Shown here in pieces: positions 21,001 through 30,850 of a stretch of 64,000 nt of DNA (positions are counted from its first letter, which is position 1; each line of letters begins with the position of its first letter). The DNA is from an uncultured virus (IMG/VR IMGVR_UViG_3300028327_000658) (lineage: Duplodnaviria; Heunggongvirae; Uroviricota; Caudoviricetes), in the IMG/VR virus record IMGVR_UViG_3300028327_000658, one strand, 5' to 3'. The translations under genes were made by a program, and so were the position numbers. The notes under the pieces were generated by a model. That model saw nothing but the letters and a program-made list of their open reading frames with translations, ran no database searches and was not told the origin of the DNA.

Positions 21001-21978
21001 AACGTTTCCATCTGGCGGATAGTCTGTATTAACGTGCATTGTCGAGTTTATGCCATACGCCAATTCCGGATCTTTCGCAATGTCCCTCTGTAATCCAGGA
21101 GACCCGGAATTATAAATCGTTAAATCTAATACCTTTCGTTCCACCTCCTCCTTCATACAATCCTCAAAATCAAAATATCGGCAACCCTGCAAATCAAACA
21201 CATCCGTCCCATCGTTCCACGCTAACGACTTCTTAAATGCCGCAGTAAAGAAACTATGATACCAAAACATATCAGGAAAACTCGTCATAGATAAAATATT
21301 CGAATTCGGCGACTTATTAACGTCATCCGGCGCAGGAATCCCTATTTCCATCATTCCCACGACTTTATCCAGTAAATCTGCACGACTTATGGACAGTCGA
21401 TTGGTCTCATACGCATTCAACAGCAAATCAGATTTATCGGATAAACCCCTAAAGTTATCAAATACAAAATTAACCGTATCTGCCCACGAATTCAGCCGTT
21501 TGCCGCTATAATACCGTACCTTTCTCCACGCCAATTTGTCATCAATCCCAATCCCCTTCACGTCCTTTTCTTTAGCCTCCAGCCGAACCTCCGAAGAAAA
21601 AATTTGTACGCCATACCGCTTAAACAGCTTATTAACGCCTCCCTCGGAAAGATAATCGTCCTCATTCGGAATTAACGACAATTCAGAAAAATAAACCGTA
21701 TCGCCTTTCCGGTACTTCTCGCCTGGACGCTTTTCATAAACATCATCCCCATCGCTACCCCAAACCCCAAACATCGGATAACATCCAGAACTATTAGGTA
21801 CACACCGACCAGAAGCTGTAGTTTTTTCATTTTTACTGCTACGAGCAGCAGAGGCCCCTCCACCTCCACCAACATGGCCATCGGCATGGGCTCCCGCGAC
21901 AACGGCCAAAAAAACCGTCAAAAACAACATATACGTATTATAGCTATGACGCATGATGGGCCGTCCTAAATCTTTCAT
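18094..21978 (-). CDS. Large secreted protein (~1290 aa) with globular N-terminus and helical C-terminus; possible adhesin or mating-pair stabilisation protein
   Basis: Signal peptide, Cys pairs, C-terminal ~330 aa helical like the neighbouring genes. The start may be slightly downstream. Confidence 0.5.
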   Translation of the reverse strand: MKDLGRPIMRHSYNTYMLFLTVFLAVVAGAHADGHVGGGGGASAARSSKNEKTTASGRCVPNSSGCYPMFGVWGSDGDDVYEKRPGEKYRKGDTVYFSELSLIPNEDDYLSEGGVNKLFKRYGVQIFSSEVRLEAKEKDVKGIGIDDKLAWRKVRYYSGKRLNSWADTVNFVFDNFRGLSDKSDLLLNAYETNRLSISRADLLDKVVGMMEIGIPAPDDVNKSPNSNILSMTSFPDMFWYHSFFTAAFKKSLAWNDGTDVFDLQGCRYFDFEDCMKEEVERKVLDLTIYNSGSPGLQRDIAKDPELAYGINSTMHVNTDYPPDGNVIYDAKTLKLLSGTPMSLNPLQGVSYNITGLYKMRPNIIKKESIAAQYLEYLWTDGVRTCDSCMRCVLGQNCDIGPHLDVKRGDIEEDMGGTIHNWTTTTKKGGGSVVTNHQMNYHERVEGSEINEVRERVWNDGKKVIKDTIKLVRIDTLYLFQVTDLPLSDGFQYFDFWGFLGSAAAELLMLENREARQYGYPHYGWWQWESPLDLPYIGQNINGKRELDKNKVDGYITLAVKKELKYVQNMFTNDLKEFMRSPDSVGFDGRVALKKLAEKGFYYVAEDVPGKSLTYLDSGWYFGNAINGYAPYVDATDFIVHNSYYEGDNQFLRLWMKRELSRYDVTRKHEYYMTFKWPLVHRNKDGSVWIVGYAVYNSERPIFEMEGKGGWLEYLSVMGSDFFWEHLYGMGPIIGETYGGSYVEVKNPKTGKKERFYSHEAPILGRKMCHTVYEGIENTVKGSLNDDWQKCYEASMEIKKSADLVYVCPKQKDQKGNYKFPMPLYAREIKTLQSHDKLPLKEGCFLLGNIYLGPEQGGTELYDYFGQFTDTDLPHTNKYLTSVAIETDSLVNDTVDYQKAINRYRLKDYRSDNADPATRAKGFPDNINWTAVWNIVELIAWAEGVNATVKGAYWLATHPADVPMPISFVAACAYKVNEMYENNKVVQTTVKWIKRSWRLYKEFQETLDLVNSAQETYKRIDKTWDGLVTAAQNVRDYYKDFEWEGPWWKVSQLIATREMRKFDASLGRLQGAVSDFGHVCDAMAWQLDTFYVGGAVGLGKEMIDMLTASNLLDVEMDIALASNTQSAIVNSQRDSKSKKRSVTKGQFLSRGTGVVLLYYDNIHIKTMSNGVTALATMLDVFEKEADDWNKYGQYVSDVSSGETWTNIGNNLVDANKDWSNPSVMPIASGLRPPDGLLEQNIKQRVGFVGKYDFWADPKTWNFVEIDDAQIRKAKARESIAKAKRDSTRKAEKIGM

Positions 21979-24658
21979 GGTTCCTCAGCCGCTCCATAAC
22001 CTCCGGAGTCGTGTAATCCACCCCCAGCTCCCGGCGAACAACGTTAAGCACCTCTTTATCGTCGGGCGAGGTGGTGGCCAACATCTTAAACGCCGCCGTA
22101 GGGTAAAACCGGAACTTCCCCGAATAATACGGCGATAAAAAATACATCTCCTTTTTATTCTGTTGCTGCGTTATGACCTCTATTTCATAATCCGACAGAC
22201 CCCGACCCTGCGCACTGATCTGCCGCAACGCCTCCGGCCTATGCGTACCCCCGATTAGCCAAAAATAGCTCGTATTGGCGATCAGCGCATTAGACGAACT
22301 GCTCCCCAACAAGTCGTCTATCGACTGCGTTATTATCGTTATCTGCCCATTCAACTTACGCACCGTCCTGAACATCTCCTGCATGAACTCGGCCATGTCC
22401 CCGCCCTGGAGCTCACGCCACGCTTCATCCATGATCACCAGCTTCCGGCGATCGCGCTTTTCGGGGTTATTAAGCACATTCAGCATGATCATACTCAGCA
22501 ACGCCGGTATCATAACTGCTTTTAACGCCGGATGCTCCTTCAATCCGGCCATGTCAAAGCAAATTACGTCGTCATTTTCAATTTTATCCGAATTTTTAAA
22601 AAACCGCGCGTAAGAACCGCGCTCCGACCCGTCTCCGATAAAATTTATCACACGATCATACAAATTCCAGTCCCCGGACAACCTTTCCGCCAGCTCCGGC
22701 CCGGGTTTTTTGATATACCTATCCACAAAATCACTCAAACTGCAAACGTTATCCACATTATTGTCCGTCTCGATGTAATACTCGCGAATGCACTTTATTA
22801 TCCCCGCCCGGACACGCGCCGGAATATCTTTGTTCTTCGAATCCCCGATAAATATCCGCTCCAATGTCGAAATCAGCGACGTATGCATCAGCGGATTCGG
22901 AACCCCGCCTTCCTCAACGACCTTTTTACCGTCCTTAATAACTATTTTAGCCGGACGCTCCTCTATCACACGCCCATTGTTATCCAACTCCTGCCACACG
23001 TAGTATTCGCCGGCAAACGGGTTAATCGAATACGGCGAATTCAAGCTCACCTCAAGATACGTACCCTTTAAGTTTTTCACGAACGACATATATGATCCCT
23101 GTCCCTCCCCGCCGAAATCAATTATTACGACACACGGATCATATTTCATCGCTTGCCACAGCTTGTCTTGCTCCGTAAAAGACTTGCCCGACCCGGACGC
23201 CCCGGCAACTATCGCATTAAAATTCGAACACCGTATATCAAACAAATCAACCTTAGAAAACGAATCCGCCTCATTATAATAATACAGCTCCCACTTGTTT
23301 TTCGGCGCATGATACGGCCACCGAGGTAGATCTATCGGCATAAAATCCGCAACATTCGTAGATACCAGCGTCGTTCTAATCTTTTCCAAATGCTCATTCC
23401 CCGGCAACAACGAAAAATACGCGCTTTTCACATTAAATTTTTCGCGTTTCATCTTATACGACATACCCACCGTCGAAATAAAGTCTGAACATCTCTTATC
23501 TAAGCGTTTACCTGTCTTCTCCCACAAATGCACGTGAAAAAACATCTCCGCAAACTTCGCTTTACCGCTTCCCACCGTCTCTATCGCTTCTTCAACGGTA
23601 GCGCGTAATTTTTCAGGCGGCAGCCCTTCCGGTGTCTTCTCCAAAAACTTAAAATACTTTGCAAAACCCTCCCGATTCGCTATCATGTTCAAACGACGTT
23701 TCGCCCTCGACAACCCGACATCCCTCGGCGGGAGCGTGAACGTATGCTGTATTATGTACGGTACACCTTTCAAATCAATATGATTAAAAACCATATTCAT
23801 GGCAGCGTTTGTTTGTCCCGGCATCCGGCTATCCACCATATTCGCCCGTAACGACAACACCGCATGACTATTGCCGTCATAAACAACGGCGCCGTTCCGC
23901 TCCCTATCGAACATCCCCGGCGCACATATATTCCAGTCCGACCTCAATACATCCGTTAAATCCTTAACTTCCGTCCCTAAAATGTACTCATGATTAATCA
24001 ATTTCGACAAAAACTGCAATATTTGGCCATGCGTTAACCGCAATACCGTACCGCCCATTTGCGCGCTTATCTGCTTTATCATCGTATTCATGACTTTTTG
24101 CGCATCACTATAGCCCTTGATAAGCGCAACAACCTCTTTTGCCCTATTTGCCCTATCTTCTTTATTTTTCGCCTCATCTTCCTTGTTGCTTTGCTTACCC
24201 GTCAACCATTCCCAAAAACGTTTCAAAAGACTTTTCTTGGCTTTCTGACTTTTCTTTACACGAAGAACTTTAGCCTCATTCTCCAAAACCACCGGAATCG
24301 TGATCGCAAGATACGTCGTAAACTCCGGTGACGCATACGACTTCACATAATCATACTTATCCCGCTCCATATAGCGTACTATCTCATGCTTCGACTTATC
24401 AACCAAAATCGGATTCGTCGGCAGAAACGTTTTGCAATGATAGATTGAATACGTCGTATTTGCCGGCAAATCGACAAACACAGACATCAATCTTTTGTGG
24501 TAATACTCCAAAGTATCTTCAAAATCAAACTCCGAAAAATAAACTTCCAATATCGCCGTAATCCTATCCGGGTACATTCCAATAATCAAATCGTCCGTAA
24601 TATCAACATACGTGATTATATCCGAAAACGTTTTATATTTTTTAGGTTTAAAATTCAT
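21944..24658 (-). CDS. virB4: VirB4/TraG/TrbE-family T4SS ATPase
   Basis: Walker A GASGSGKS, Walker B LVIMDEAW, RTVRKLNG...ITQS, AYFSLLPGN. Confidence 0.93.
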   Translation of the reverse strand: MNFKPKKYKTFSDIITYVDITDDLIIGMYPDRITAILEVYFSEFDFEDTLEYYHKRLMSVFVDLPANTTYSIYHCKTFLPTNPILVDKSKHEIVRYMERDKYDYVKSYASPEFTTYLAITIPVVLENEAKVLRVKKSQKAKKSLLKRFWEWLTGKQSNKEDEAKNKEDRANRAKEVVALIKGYSDAQKVMNTMIKQISAQMGGTVLRLTHGQILQFLSKLINHEYILGTEVKDLTDVLRSDWNICAPGMFDRERNGAVVYDGNSHAVLSLRANMVDSRMPGQTNAAMNMVFNHIDLKGVPYIIQHTFTLPPRDVGLSRAKRRLNMIANREGFAKYFKFLEKTPEGLPPEKLRATVEEAIETVGSGKAKFAEMFFHVHLWEKTGKRLDKRCSDFISTVGMSYKMKREKFNVKSAYFSLLPGNEHLEKIRTTLVSTNVADFMPIDLPRWPYHAPKNKWELYYYNEADSFSKVDLFDIRCSNFNAIVAGASGSGKSFTEQDKLWQAMKYDPCVVIIDFGGEGQGSYMSFVKNLKGTYLEVSLNSPYSINPFAGEYYVWQELDNNGRVIEERPAKIVIKDGKKVVEEGGVPNPLMHTSLISTLERIFIGDSKNKDIPARVRAGIIKCIREYYIETDNNVDNVCSLSDFVDRYIKKPGPELAERLSGDWNLYDRVINFIGDGSERGSYARFFKNSDKIENDDVICFDMAGLKEHPALKAVMIPALLSMIMLNVLNNPEKRDRRKLVIMDEAWRELQGGDMAEFMQEMFRTVRKLNGQITIITQSIDDLLGSSSSNALIANTSYFWLIGGTHRPEALRQISAQGRGLSDYEIEVITQQQNKKEMYFLSPYYSGKFRFYPTAAFKMLATTSPDDKEVLNVVRRELGVDYTTPEVMERLRNHERFRTAHHAS

Positions 24659-25701
24659 AATTGCAAAAACCTTTCCGAATTAACAATAACATCGTCCAAG
24701 CTATCCATTTGATAAAACATACTACGCTCAGCTTGCCCCGGAAAACTGGATATATATTGCTCAGTCATAACGTTCGTATGTACATAAACCGATAACTCGT
24801 TCGCCAACAGAACATTCTTCATATCTTCTAATATCTTTGCAAAATTTTTATCGTCGCTGCCAAACATCAGAACATTATTATAAAAACACAATCGCATTGA
24901 ATCTATCTTTCTTAGTCTAAATTCGTCATCAACATCAACCTCTCTATTCAAGCCGTCTACTAAGTGAAACACTCTCTCAAAGCTCTCTCGACAAACTTCC
25001 GCATACTGATCTGATGGAACACACACTGAAAACACCTGCAAATAATCGAACTTATTCAATATGCCGCTACACTCAATATCGCTTAAATCGTTCAAAGAAG
25101 ACATCCCCAATACTCTGTTCTCGCCCAGCCGAAGCACCTTTTTTTCATCCACACACGGAACGCTTTTTAAGACAATTTCATCATTTTCTACGCCGCAATT
25201 CAACAAAAAATCATGTACTTTACTGACAAAACGCATCGGCGACAACATTTGAACACCGTCGTCTGAACACAGCAACTTTTCAACCCCGGCGACAACCGTG
25301 CTTGTCGCGTCATCAATTTTTTTTAAACTATCCTCGCTCCCGCGCAAAAACCACTTAGAAACCTCAAAAAAAGCACTTTTTAACACAGAATAATCCATAT
25401 ACGCCTTTATACAGCCCCAATACTGCGTAATTCCAGATAACCGCAATTTATAAACTTGCAATGTTGATCGAAACGTCAAAAACTCAGTTACTTTCCTCAC
25501 AAAACCCTCAAAAACCTTGATCTGAAAATAAAAAACAACCGCCCCGTCATTCGATATACAGTAACTATTCCCGTTTCTATCCACGCCGTTAGACGACACC
25601 TCACAGAAAAAAGGAAATAGGTCGGAATGTGTTATATTGATAACACCGTGCCCGTCATTCTCTTGGAATAAGTCAATCCTTTCCTTCAGAGCCGTTTTCA
25701 C
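24655..25701 (-). CDS. Hypothetical protein resembling the VirB4 N-terminal domain without the ATPase domain
   Basis: C-terminal QYISSFPGQ parallels VirB4 AYFSLLPGN at a comparable position; no Walker A. Confidence 0.4.
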   Translation of the reverse strand: MKTALKERIDLFQENDGHGVINITHSDLFPFFCEVSSNGVDRNGNSYCISNDGAVVFYFQIKVFEGFVRKVTEFLTFRSTLQVYKLRLSGITQYWGCIKAYMDYSVLKSAFFEVSKWFLRGSEDSLKKIDDATSTVVAGVEKLLCSDDGVQMLSPMRFVSKVHDFLLNCGVENDEIVLKSVPCVDEKKVLRLGENRVLGMSSLNDLSDIECSGILNKFDYLQVFSVCVPSDQYAEVCRESFERVFHLVDGLNREVDVDDEFRLRKIDSMRLCFYNNVLMFGSDDKNFAKILEDMKNVLLANELSVYVHTNVMTEQYISSFPGQAERSMFYQMDSLDDVIVNSERFLQL

Positions 25702-26047
25702 CTATTTCCTCTTCCTTCTCTAATGCCTTAAATAAAGCTCGATAGTACACTTTCGGGAAACTCTCCCTATAGCCCAATACTATCGCGGGAATCCTTATAT
25801 TCGCCCCGATGACGAAGAAAACGTTTTCTTCTAACTTTAAGATTATTTTTACGTAGATCCAATCTACAAACACCAAAAAACCACCTATAACAAACGCTGG
25901 TGTCCAACCAGACCAAAAAAAAGAACTCAAAGAAAATGTGAACGAAAACACAACCGCATTAATCGAAATCGCGGCCATATCTAAGCCAAAATACGTTGGA
26001 TTACACGACGCTATTGGTACACAGTTCTTTTTCATTTGTCTGTCCAA
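25673..26047 (-). CDS. VirB3-like membrane protein
   Basis: NPTYFGL followed by two TMs; lies between the pilin-like genes and VirB4. Confidence 0.55.
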   Translation of the reverse strand: MDRQMKKNCVPIASCNPTYFGLDMAAISINAVVFSFTFSLSSFFWSGWTPAFVIGGFLVFVDWIYVKIILKLEENVFFVIGANIRIPAIVLGYRESFPKVYYRALFKALEKEEEIGENGSEGKD

Positions 26048-26409
26048 ATTTTTAACTTATCGTCACCCTCGTTGATAAAGTCGCTTTTATTGCCACCGCC
26101 CCGTAACATATTAAAGATATCATCGCTTTTAGCCAACACGGCCAAAAAAATCGCAATACCGATAAACGTCAACCATTTCGAACTTAGTTGTTGTTGCGAC
26201 CACCCTTCCATAAACTGCCAAATCCCAGTACCAAATGCAAGTACATAAGCAACTCCTTTGATCACGGCAAAAATCCCTGTGTTAAATCCTGTTAATGTGT
26301 TTTTCAAGTTGCCGTCTTGCGCAAACAAATCCCCAAACGCAACAAACGCCAACAAAACTAAACATCCCGACAAGAACATCCTCTGCCAACCACCAAGATC
26401 TTTAAACAT
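26032..26409 (-). CDS. VirB2/TrbC-like pilin
   Basis: Signal peptide plus two TMs; KWLTFIGIAIFL matches KWLQFIGIAVFL in the adjacent paralog. Confidence 0.6.
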   Translation of the reverse strand: MFKDLGGWQRMFLSGCLVLLAFVAFGDLFAQDGNLKNTLTGFNTGIFAVIKGVAYVLAFGTGIWQFMEGWSQQQLSSKWLTFIGIAIFLAVLAKSDDIFNMLRGGGNKSDFINEGDDKLKIWTDK

Positions 26410-26443
26410 GCTTACCTCCTTTGTTTAGTGTTTATCGTTCGTT

Positions 26444-26830
26444 TCAATCTAACATCCACTTCTGACCGCCCTTCTGAACCTCTGTAACCCCCCCCATACT
26501 CGAAAACGCCTCATATATCTTATCAGATGCCGTCAACAACGACAAAAACACCGCTATCCCTATAAACTGCAACCATTTATGCCGTAACGTACCCGAAAAA
26601 TACGCTTCCACAAACATGTACGCACCTACGCAAAACAGCCCCGCCACTATAATCCACTTCACCGTATGAAATATCTGCCCGTTCATCTCCCGCAGCTTAT
26701 TTTCAACGTCTTTCGTATCAAATTGTATGCTGCCGTAATCCGTATTGCGCTGCTGCCCCTCGGCAACACCGCCCCCCGACAACAACACTCCTACAAACGC
26801 CAAAACCGCAAAAAAACGACCGTTTTTCAT
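26444..26830 (-). CDS. Second VirB2/TrbC-like pilin
   Basis: Signal peptide plus two TMs; KWLQFIGIAVFL, a clear paralog of 26032-26409. Confidence 0.6.
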   Translation of the reverse strand: MKNGRFFAVLAFVGVLLSGGGVAEGQQRNTDYGSIQFDTKDVENKLREMNGQIFHTVKWIIVAGLFCVGAYMFVEAYFSGTLRHKWLQFIGIAVFLSLLTASDKIYEAFSSMGGVTEVQKGGQKWMLD

Positions 26831-26874
26831 CTAATCGAATCCGTTCCCCTTGCCATGTTTCCGGCAAGACAAGC

Positions 26875-27888
26875 CTAAAATGTAATGCTGTACCACACCA
26901 AATAACCGCCTAAACCCAATCCCGCCGCCATAAATCCAAGTCCAAGCCCCGTATGCAAGTCTACATCCCCTTTCAGCTCCTTTAACCGCTCCTGCCCGGC
27001 CGCGTAACCAACGCCGACCGCTTTCGGATCATAATCGTTGTACTCCTTCGCCGAACCCGCCCACCTGCCCATATAAAACGCCCCGGTAACCGCGCAACCG
27101 AGCGCAATCGGCCCCAAAACCTTCAGCCGCTGCGGGAGGCGCATCTTCCCCTCTGCCGCCTTATAATCCGCGTTTAACGGCGGTTTCAATTCACGCGTCT
27201 GCGACGACGCGACATAATCAATCGGAACCGCCGAGACCGCCGGGGTCGCCGGAACCGCCGAGACTGCCGGAACCGCTGGAACAGCCGAGGTCGCTGGAGC
27301 CACTGGAGCCGCCGGAGCCGCTGAGGCCGCTGGAACCGCCGAAGCCGACACGACAGGTGTCTTCTCTGCCGGTGTTTTTTCGTAACGTATCGGCGGCTCG
27401 TAAGTTATCGGCTCCCTGTCAAAGACCGTAAACCGTTTGTCCCTTATCTGCAAATTCACCCCGTTCGCCCAAAACGAGGTATTTAAGAGCTTAATATTAT
27501 CGCCGCAGCAAGACTTAACGCCGACGCTGGCATTGGATATCGCCGCATACCGGATATCGACGGTTCCGCCCTGGAACACCTTAATCCCGGCCCAGTCATG
27601 CGGAGCTCCGGCGCCCGATTTAGCCCGTAACGACATCAATAACACCGGTTCCTGCGGCTTCCCGTCTATGATCAGCGTCCCCTTTACGTCCAATCCGGCA
27701 AGCGGGGCGAAATACACCTTCAACCCCGCCGGGATAACCAAGCCGTCCCCAGGTTTGACCTCGTACGACTCCTGAACGATAAAGATACCCTCTTTTTCGT
27801 CGTACTTGGCAACCCGCTCAATGGACAATAGCTCACCAAAAGACCCTGTCACAAACAAACAAAAAACAAAAAATAGCTTAATCCTCAT
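26875..27888 (-). CDS. Secreted beta-helix-like protein with Ala/Pro/Val linker and C-terminal hydrophobic segments
   Basis: VKPGDGLVIPAGLKVYF..LDVKGTLIIDG..EPVLLMS..WAGI pattern; repeated SAVPA linker at about 27225-27350. Confidence 0.6.
   Translation of the reverse strand: MRIKLFFVFCLFVTGSFGELLSIERVAKYDEKEGIFIVQESYEVKPGDGLVIPAGLKVYFAPLAGLDVKGTLIIDGKPQEPVLLMSLRAKSGAGAPHDWAGIKVFQGGTVDIRYAAISNASVGVKSCCGDNIKLLNTSFWANGVNLQIRDKRFTVFDREPITYEPPIRYEKTPAEKTPVVSASAVPAASAAPAAPVAPATSAVPAVPAVSAVPATPAVSAVPIDYVASSQTRELKPPLNADYKAAEGKMRLPQRLKVLGPIALGCAVTGAFYMGRWAGSAKEYNDYDPKAVGVGYAAGQERLKELKGDVDLHTGLGLGFMAAGLGLGGYLVWYSITF
27183..27213 (-). repeat. Solitary type I-C CRISPR-repeat-like element inside a CDS
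   Basis: GTCGCGTCGTCGCAGACGCGTGAATTGAAAC (31 nt, perfect stem CGCGTC/GACGCG), reads VASSQTRELK. Confidence 0.7.
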
Positions 27889-30047
27889 TGCTTATCCCCC
27901 CACACAAGCGGCAAATGTGTGTCAGCCCAAGAGTCTATTTTTTTTGTAAACCATTCGGTACGATAATCCTCTTCCGGAATAGCACCCAAAAGACCTGTAA
28001 ATATATTATACTCCTTTACATACGCAGCTTCCACTCGGTCTCGCACTGAAGCATAAAGCGTTGATGATGGAGGACTATCAATTGGACCCACTTTACCAAA
28101 CGATCTATACCCCACCCTATGCGAAAAATTATCAAAATACTCAACTTTCCGTCCCTTTGTATCTTCAAAAACTAACTTCTTGGCACATGTTTTCTTCACT
28201 CGGAACCGTTCTACTGGCCAATACTCTCTTGCAGAGTCCAAAACAACACCAACGCTATCAACAAAAACCACATGCAGCCCCGCAGTTAAGTCACTCCCTT
28301 TCAATATTTTTGTTTGTAAAACACTTATTACATTTGTAATAAGATCCACTTGATACCACGTATATTCACCATACTTCATATCCTTATTCAAGTAATACAC
28401 GATCATAGGCGCAAACAGTGGTGGACACGCACTCACAGCCTTCACTAGAGTACCGTCTTTTTCAAAATCATTTTTAAAATCAAACGGCCAAAGAACATCT
28501 ACACCAGCAACCTGTTCTGAGTACACTTTAACTGTTACATCCCCTTTAACATTACTAAACCGTAAATTTGTTTTATTCGTATCCAACGCATCAATAACAA
28601 GCTGATCACTGACCACGCTATCTATCGGACACCTTATCTCAAAACCAGCATCTTTCGTAAACATTCCACCGTCTCGTCGTCTTCCATTTATAGTAGCATA
28701 ATTGTATGACAAGGGCGCATTCAAGTACGTCGCTTCTTCATGGGCGAGCACGTCTCTATCGGCACGCATATAATAACCATACGCCCCGCATTCTTTAATC
28801 CCGGACATACGCAACACAACCTTATCCCCTGTATTCAACTGATAACCTCCCGCCTCAACTCGTTGCTCGTCTGTATACATTCCACCTCCAAGATCTTTTT
28901 TCGCATAAACAACATAGTTTGAATCTTTGGGATGAACAACTTTCAACAAAAACTCTTTCAACACAATTTTCACCGCATAACGTGTAATTCTCGATTTACG
29001 ATAACGCACAACACTGTTCAACGTATCAATTTTTGCTCTACATAATGCTATGTTGAATTCGCGCCCTATCATACTTTTATGCACATTTAACACAAGCGAA
29101 TCCGCAACACTCCTTACCCAGAATAAACTATCAAAAATGAGCGAAGGATTTTCATCAGAGAACTCCCACATGTCTCCAGACCAATACCAAAACACACCTT
29201 TAGCATCAATTTGTTTATAATCCGACACTCTCAAAACTACTTTCCCTCCCACATCTGGCACGGCTAATTCAATATTTGACGATACCGTCAATCCTAGACC
29301 AATTGTCACATGAAAACTCGTATCAACAACCCCGTCCGACCAAACAGTATCCTTAACGTAAATTTTAACTTTTCCTTCATAATCTCCCTCTATGCTAAAA
29401 TCAAATGTTTTCTCAAAACCACTATCTTTACCCAAACTCATCATTATTGTATCACCCTCCACTCTCCCAGGAATAAACACCGTCACGCTATCAATCCACG
29501 GTAAAACCGCCGCATGAGGCTCCATTTTGAAAACAATATCCTCGAACACCCAACCGTCTATACCCACGGAGTCCGTCTCTCGTCCGACCGTAAACGGCAA
29601 CAAATCCATCAACGTTCCCGTCACATTCACATAAAAAGGCACATCATAGTAACTTCCCGCCCCTTTATACTCGTACACACGTACAAATCCCGTATAAATT
29701 CCAGCTGATACGTAGAAAACAGAATCTGTCAGTGTCGATAGGTTCATTTTTTTCCCTACAACACCGGAATCTTTCGACGCAAAAACAAATATTGAATCTA
29801 TATAACCCGCGTTCCTCTCATCATACAAAGACACTTTCACTTTAAGAGGAACAAAACATGTTCCATTTATTACTTCCGTTCCGCTTATAACTTTGCCGTT
29901 CTCATATAATTTAACTCCCCCCACAGACACTTCAAACCTCACTTCTCCCGACGATTCTTTCGACTTATCCTCCGTACACGACACCAAAAACATCAAAACA
30001 AACGCCGACACCGCCAAAATCGCCACTTCAACAGTTTTCTTAAACAT
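27885..30047 (-). CDS. Beta-rich lipoprotein (720 aa)
   Basis: Lipobox FLVSC; two similar Ig/PKD-like segments (IDS.....S..GxYxGxVxVY). Confidence 0.6.
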   Translation of the reverse strand: MFKKTVEVAILAVSAFVLMFLVSCTEDKSKESSGEVRFEVSVGGVKLYENGKVISGTEVINGTCFVPLKVKVSLYDERNAGYIDSIFVFASKDSGVVGKKMNLSTLTDSVFYVSAGIYTGFVRVYEYKGAGSYYDVPFYVNVTGTLMDLLPFTVGRETDSVGIDGWVFEDIVFKMEPHAAVLPWIDSVTVFIPGRVEGDTIMMSLGKDSGFEKTFDFSIEGDYEGKVKIYVKDTVWSDGVVDTSFHVTIGLGLTVSSNIELAVPDVGGKVVLRVSDYKQIDAKGVFWYWSGDMWEFSDENPSLIFDSLFWVRSVADSLVLNVHKSMIGREFNIALCRAKIDTLNSVVRYRKSRITRYAVKIVLKEFLLKVVHPKDSNYVVYAKKDLGGGMYTDEQRVEAGGYQLNTGDKVVLRMSGIKECGAYGYYMRADRDVLAHEEATYLNAPLSYNYATINGRRRDGGMFTKDAGFEIRCPIDSVVSDQLVIDALDTNKTNLRFSNVKGDVTVKVYSEQVAGVDVLWPFDFKNDFEKDGTLVKAVSACPPLFAPMIVYYLNKDMKYGEYTWYQVDLITNVISVLQTKILKGSDLTAGLHVVFVDSVGVVLDSAREYWPVERFRVKKTCAKKLVFEDTKGRKVEYFDNFSHRVGYRSFGKVGPIDSPPSSTLYASVRDRVEAAYVKEYNIFTGLLGAIPEEDYRTEWFTKKIDSWADTHLPLVWGDKQ

Positions 30048-30085
30048 GATAAACTCCTTTTTTATTGAAAATTTGAAAGAAATAG

Positions 30086-30850
30086 TTATCGTTTAAACAA
30101 ATTAAGCACCGAATCGGCCTCATTATACCATTTTGTGTCCAAATCGTTCTTCGACTTCACTAAAATCCAAGCCTCTATTACATCCCTGCCGTCAGCTTGC
30201 CCCTTTTTAAACTGTCCGAACATCGCCTTCGCTCTTAAATACTGCATCTCTCTACTCGGCGGCACGATACTGTATATCTTTAAAACCTTGTCGAATTCTC
30301 CGTTTTTTAGCGCAATCCACGCGCTTTCAACCCCCTCGGCGGCCGCTGCCGACCGATCACGCCCGAAATCTTTCGTCTTCGCCGTAACAACCCGTACCTC
30401 GTTCCTTTCGGATGCTATACGGGCCCGAGACACCATTGGTGCCGTTTCCGGCTTACCAAGAGCCGTCCCGCCGCTGTCGCCCTTCACTTCCAATACCGTA
30501 TTTATCTCTTCTTTTTCATCCGCCCGTACTTCTTCAAGCGAAGCAACTTTTGACGACTCCGACTCTATATCCGCTTCCCCCGAAACCTTCCCAAAACCTG
30601 ACTTCCGCGTAAAAATCGCGGCATCTTCAATGTAATCCTGCTCTTCCTTCGTAAGTTCCGCCTCCGTACCCGTCCTCAAACTCGGCATCTCGTCGCCGCC
30701 TTTATCAAACTCGCCTCCCCCACGCAAACCAAACGCCGCCTCAAACCCTAACGACAATACAAAACCTCCCACTGCAACCAATAAACAACTCACGCTTATT
30801 ATCTTTTTCACGACCTCTATACCGGCGTTATTTTTATTGTTTATCATCAT
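30086..30850 (-). CDS. Membrane-anchored hypothetical protein
   Basis: N-terminal TM, charged linker, short helical C-terminal domain. Confidence 0.55.
   Translation of the reverse strand: MMINNKNNAGIEVVKKIISVSCLLVAVGGFVLSLGFEAAFGLRGGGEFDKGGDEMPSLRTGTEAELTKEEQDYIEDAAIFTRKSGFGKVSGEADIESESSKVASLEEVRADEKEEINTVLEVKGDSGGTALGKPETAPMVSRARIASERNEVRVVTAKTKDFGRDRSAAAAEGVESAWIALKNGEFDKVLKIYSIVPPSREMQYLRAKAMFGQFKKGQADGRDVIEAWILVKSKNDLDTKWYNEADSVLNLFKR

Noticed and set aside
30313..30353. Partial repeat-like strings GCGCGTGGATTG and GTCGGC…GGTTGAAAG
   Set aside because: The halves do not assemble into one repeat with the correct stem and spacing; plausible by chance.
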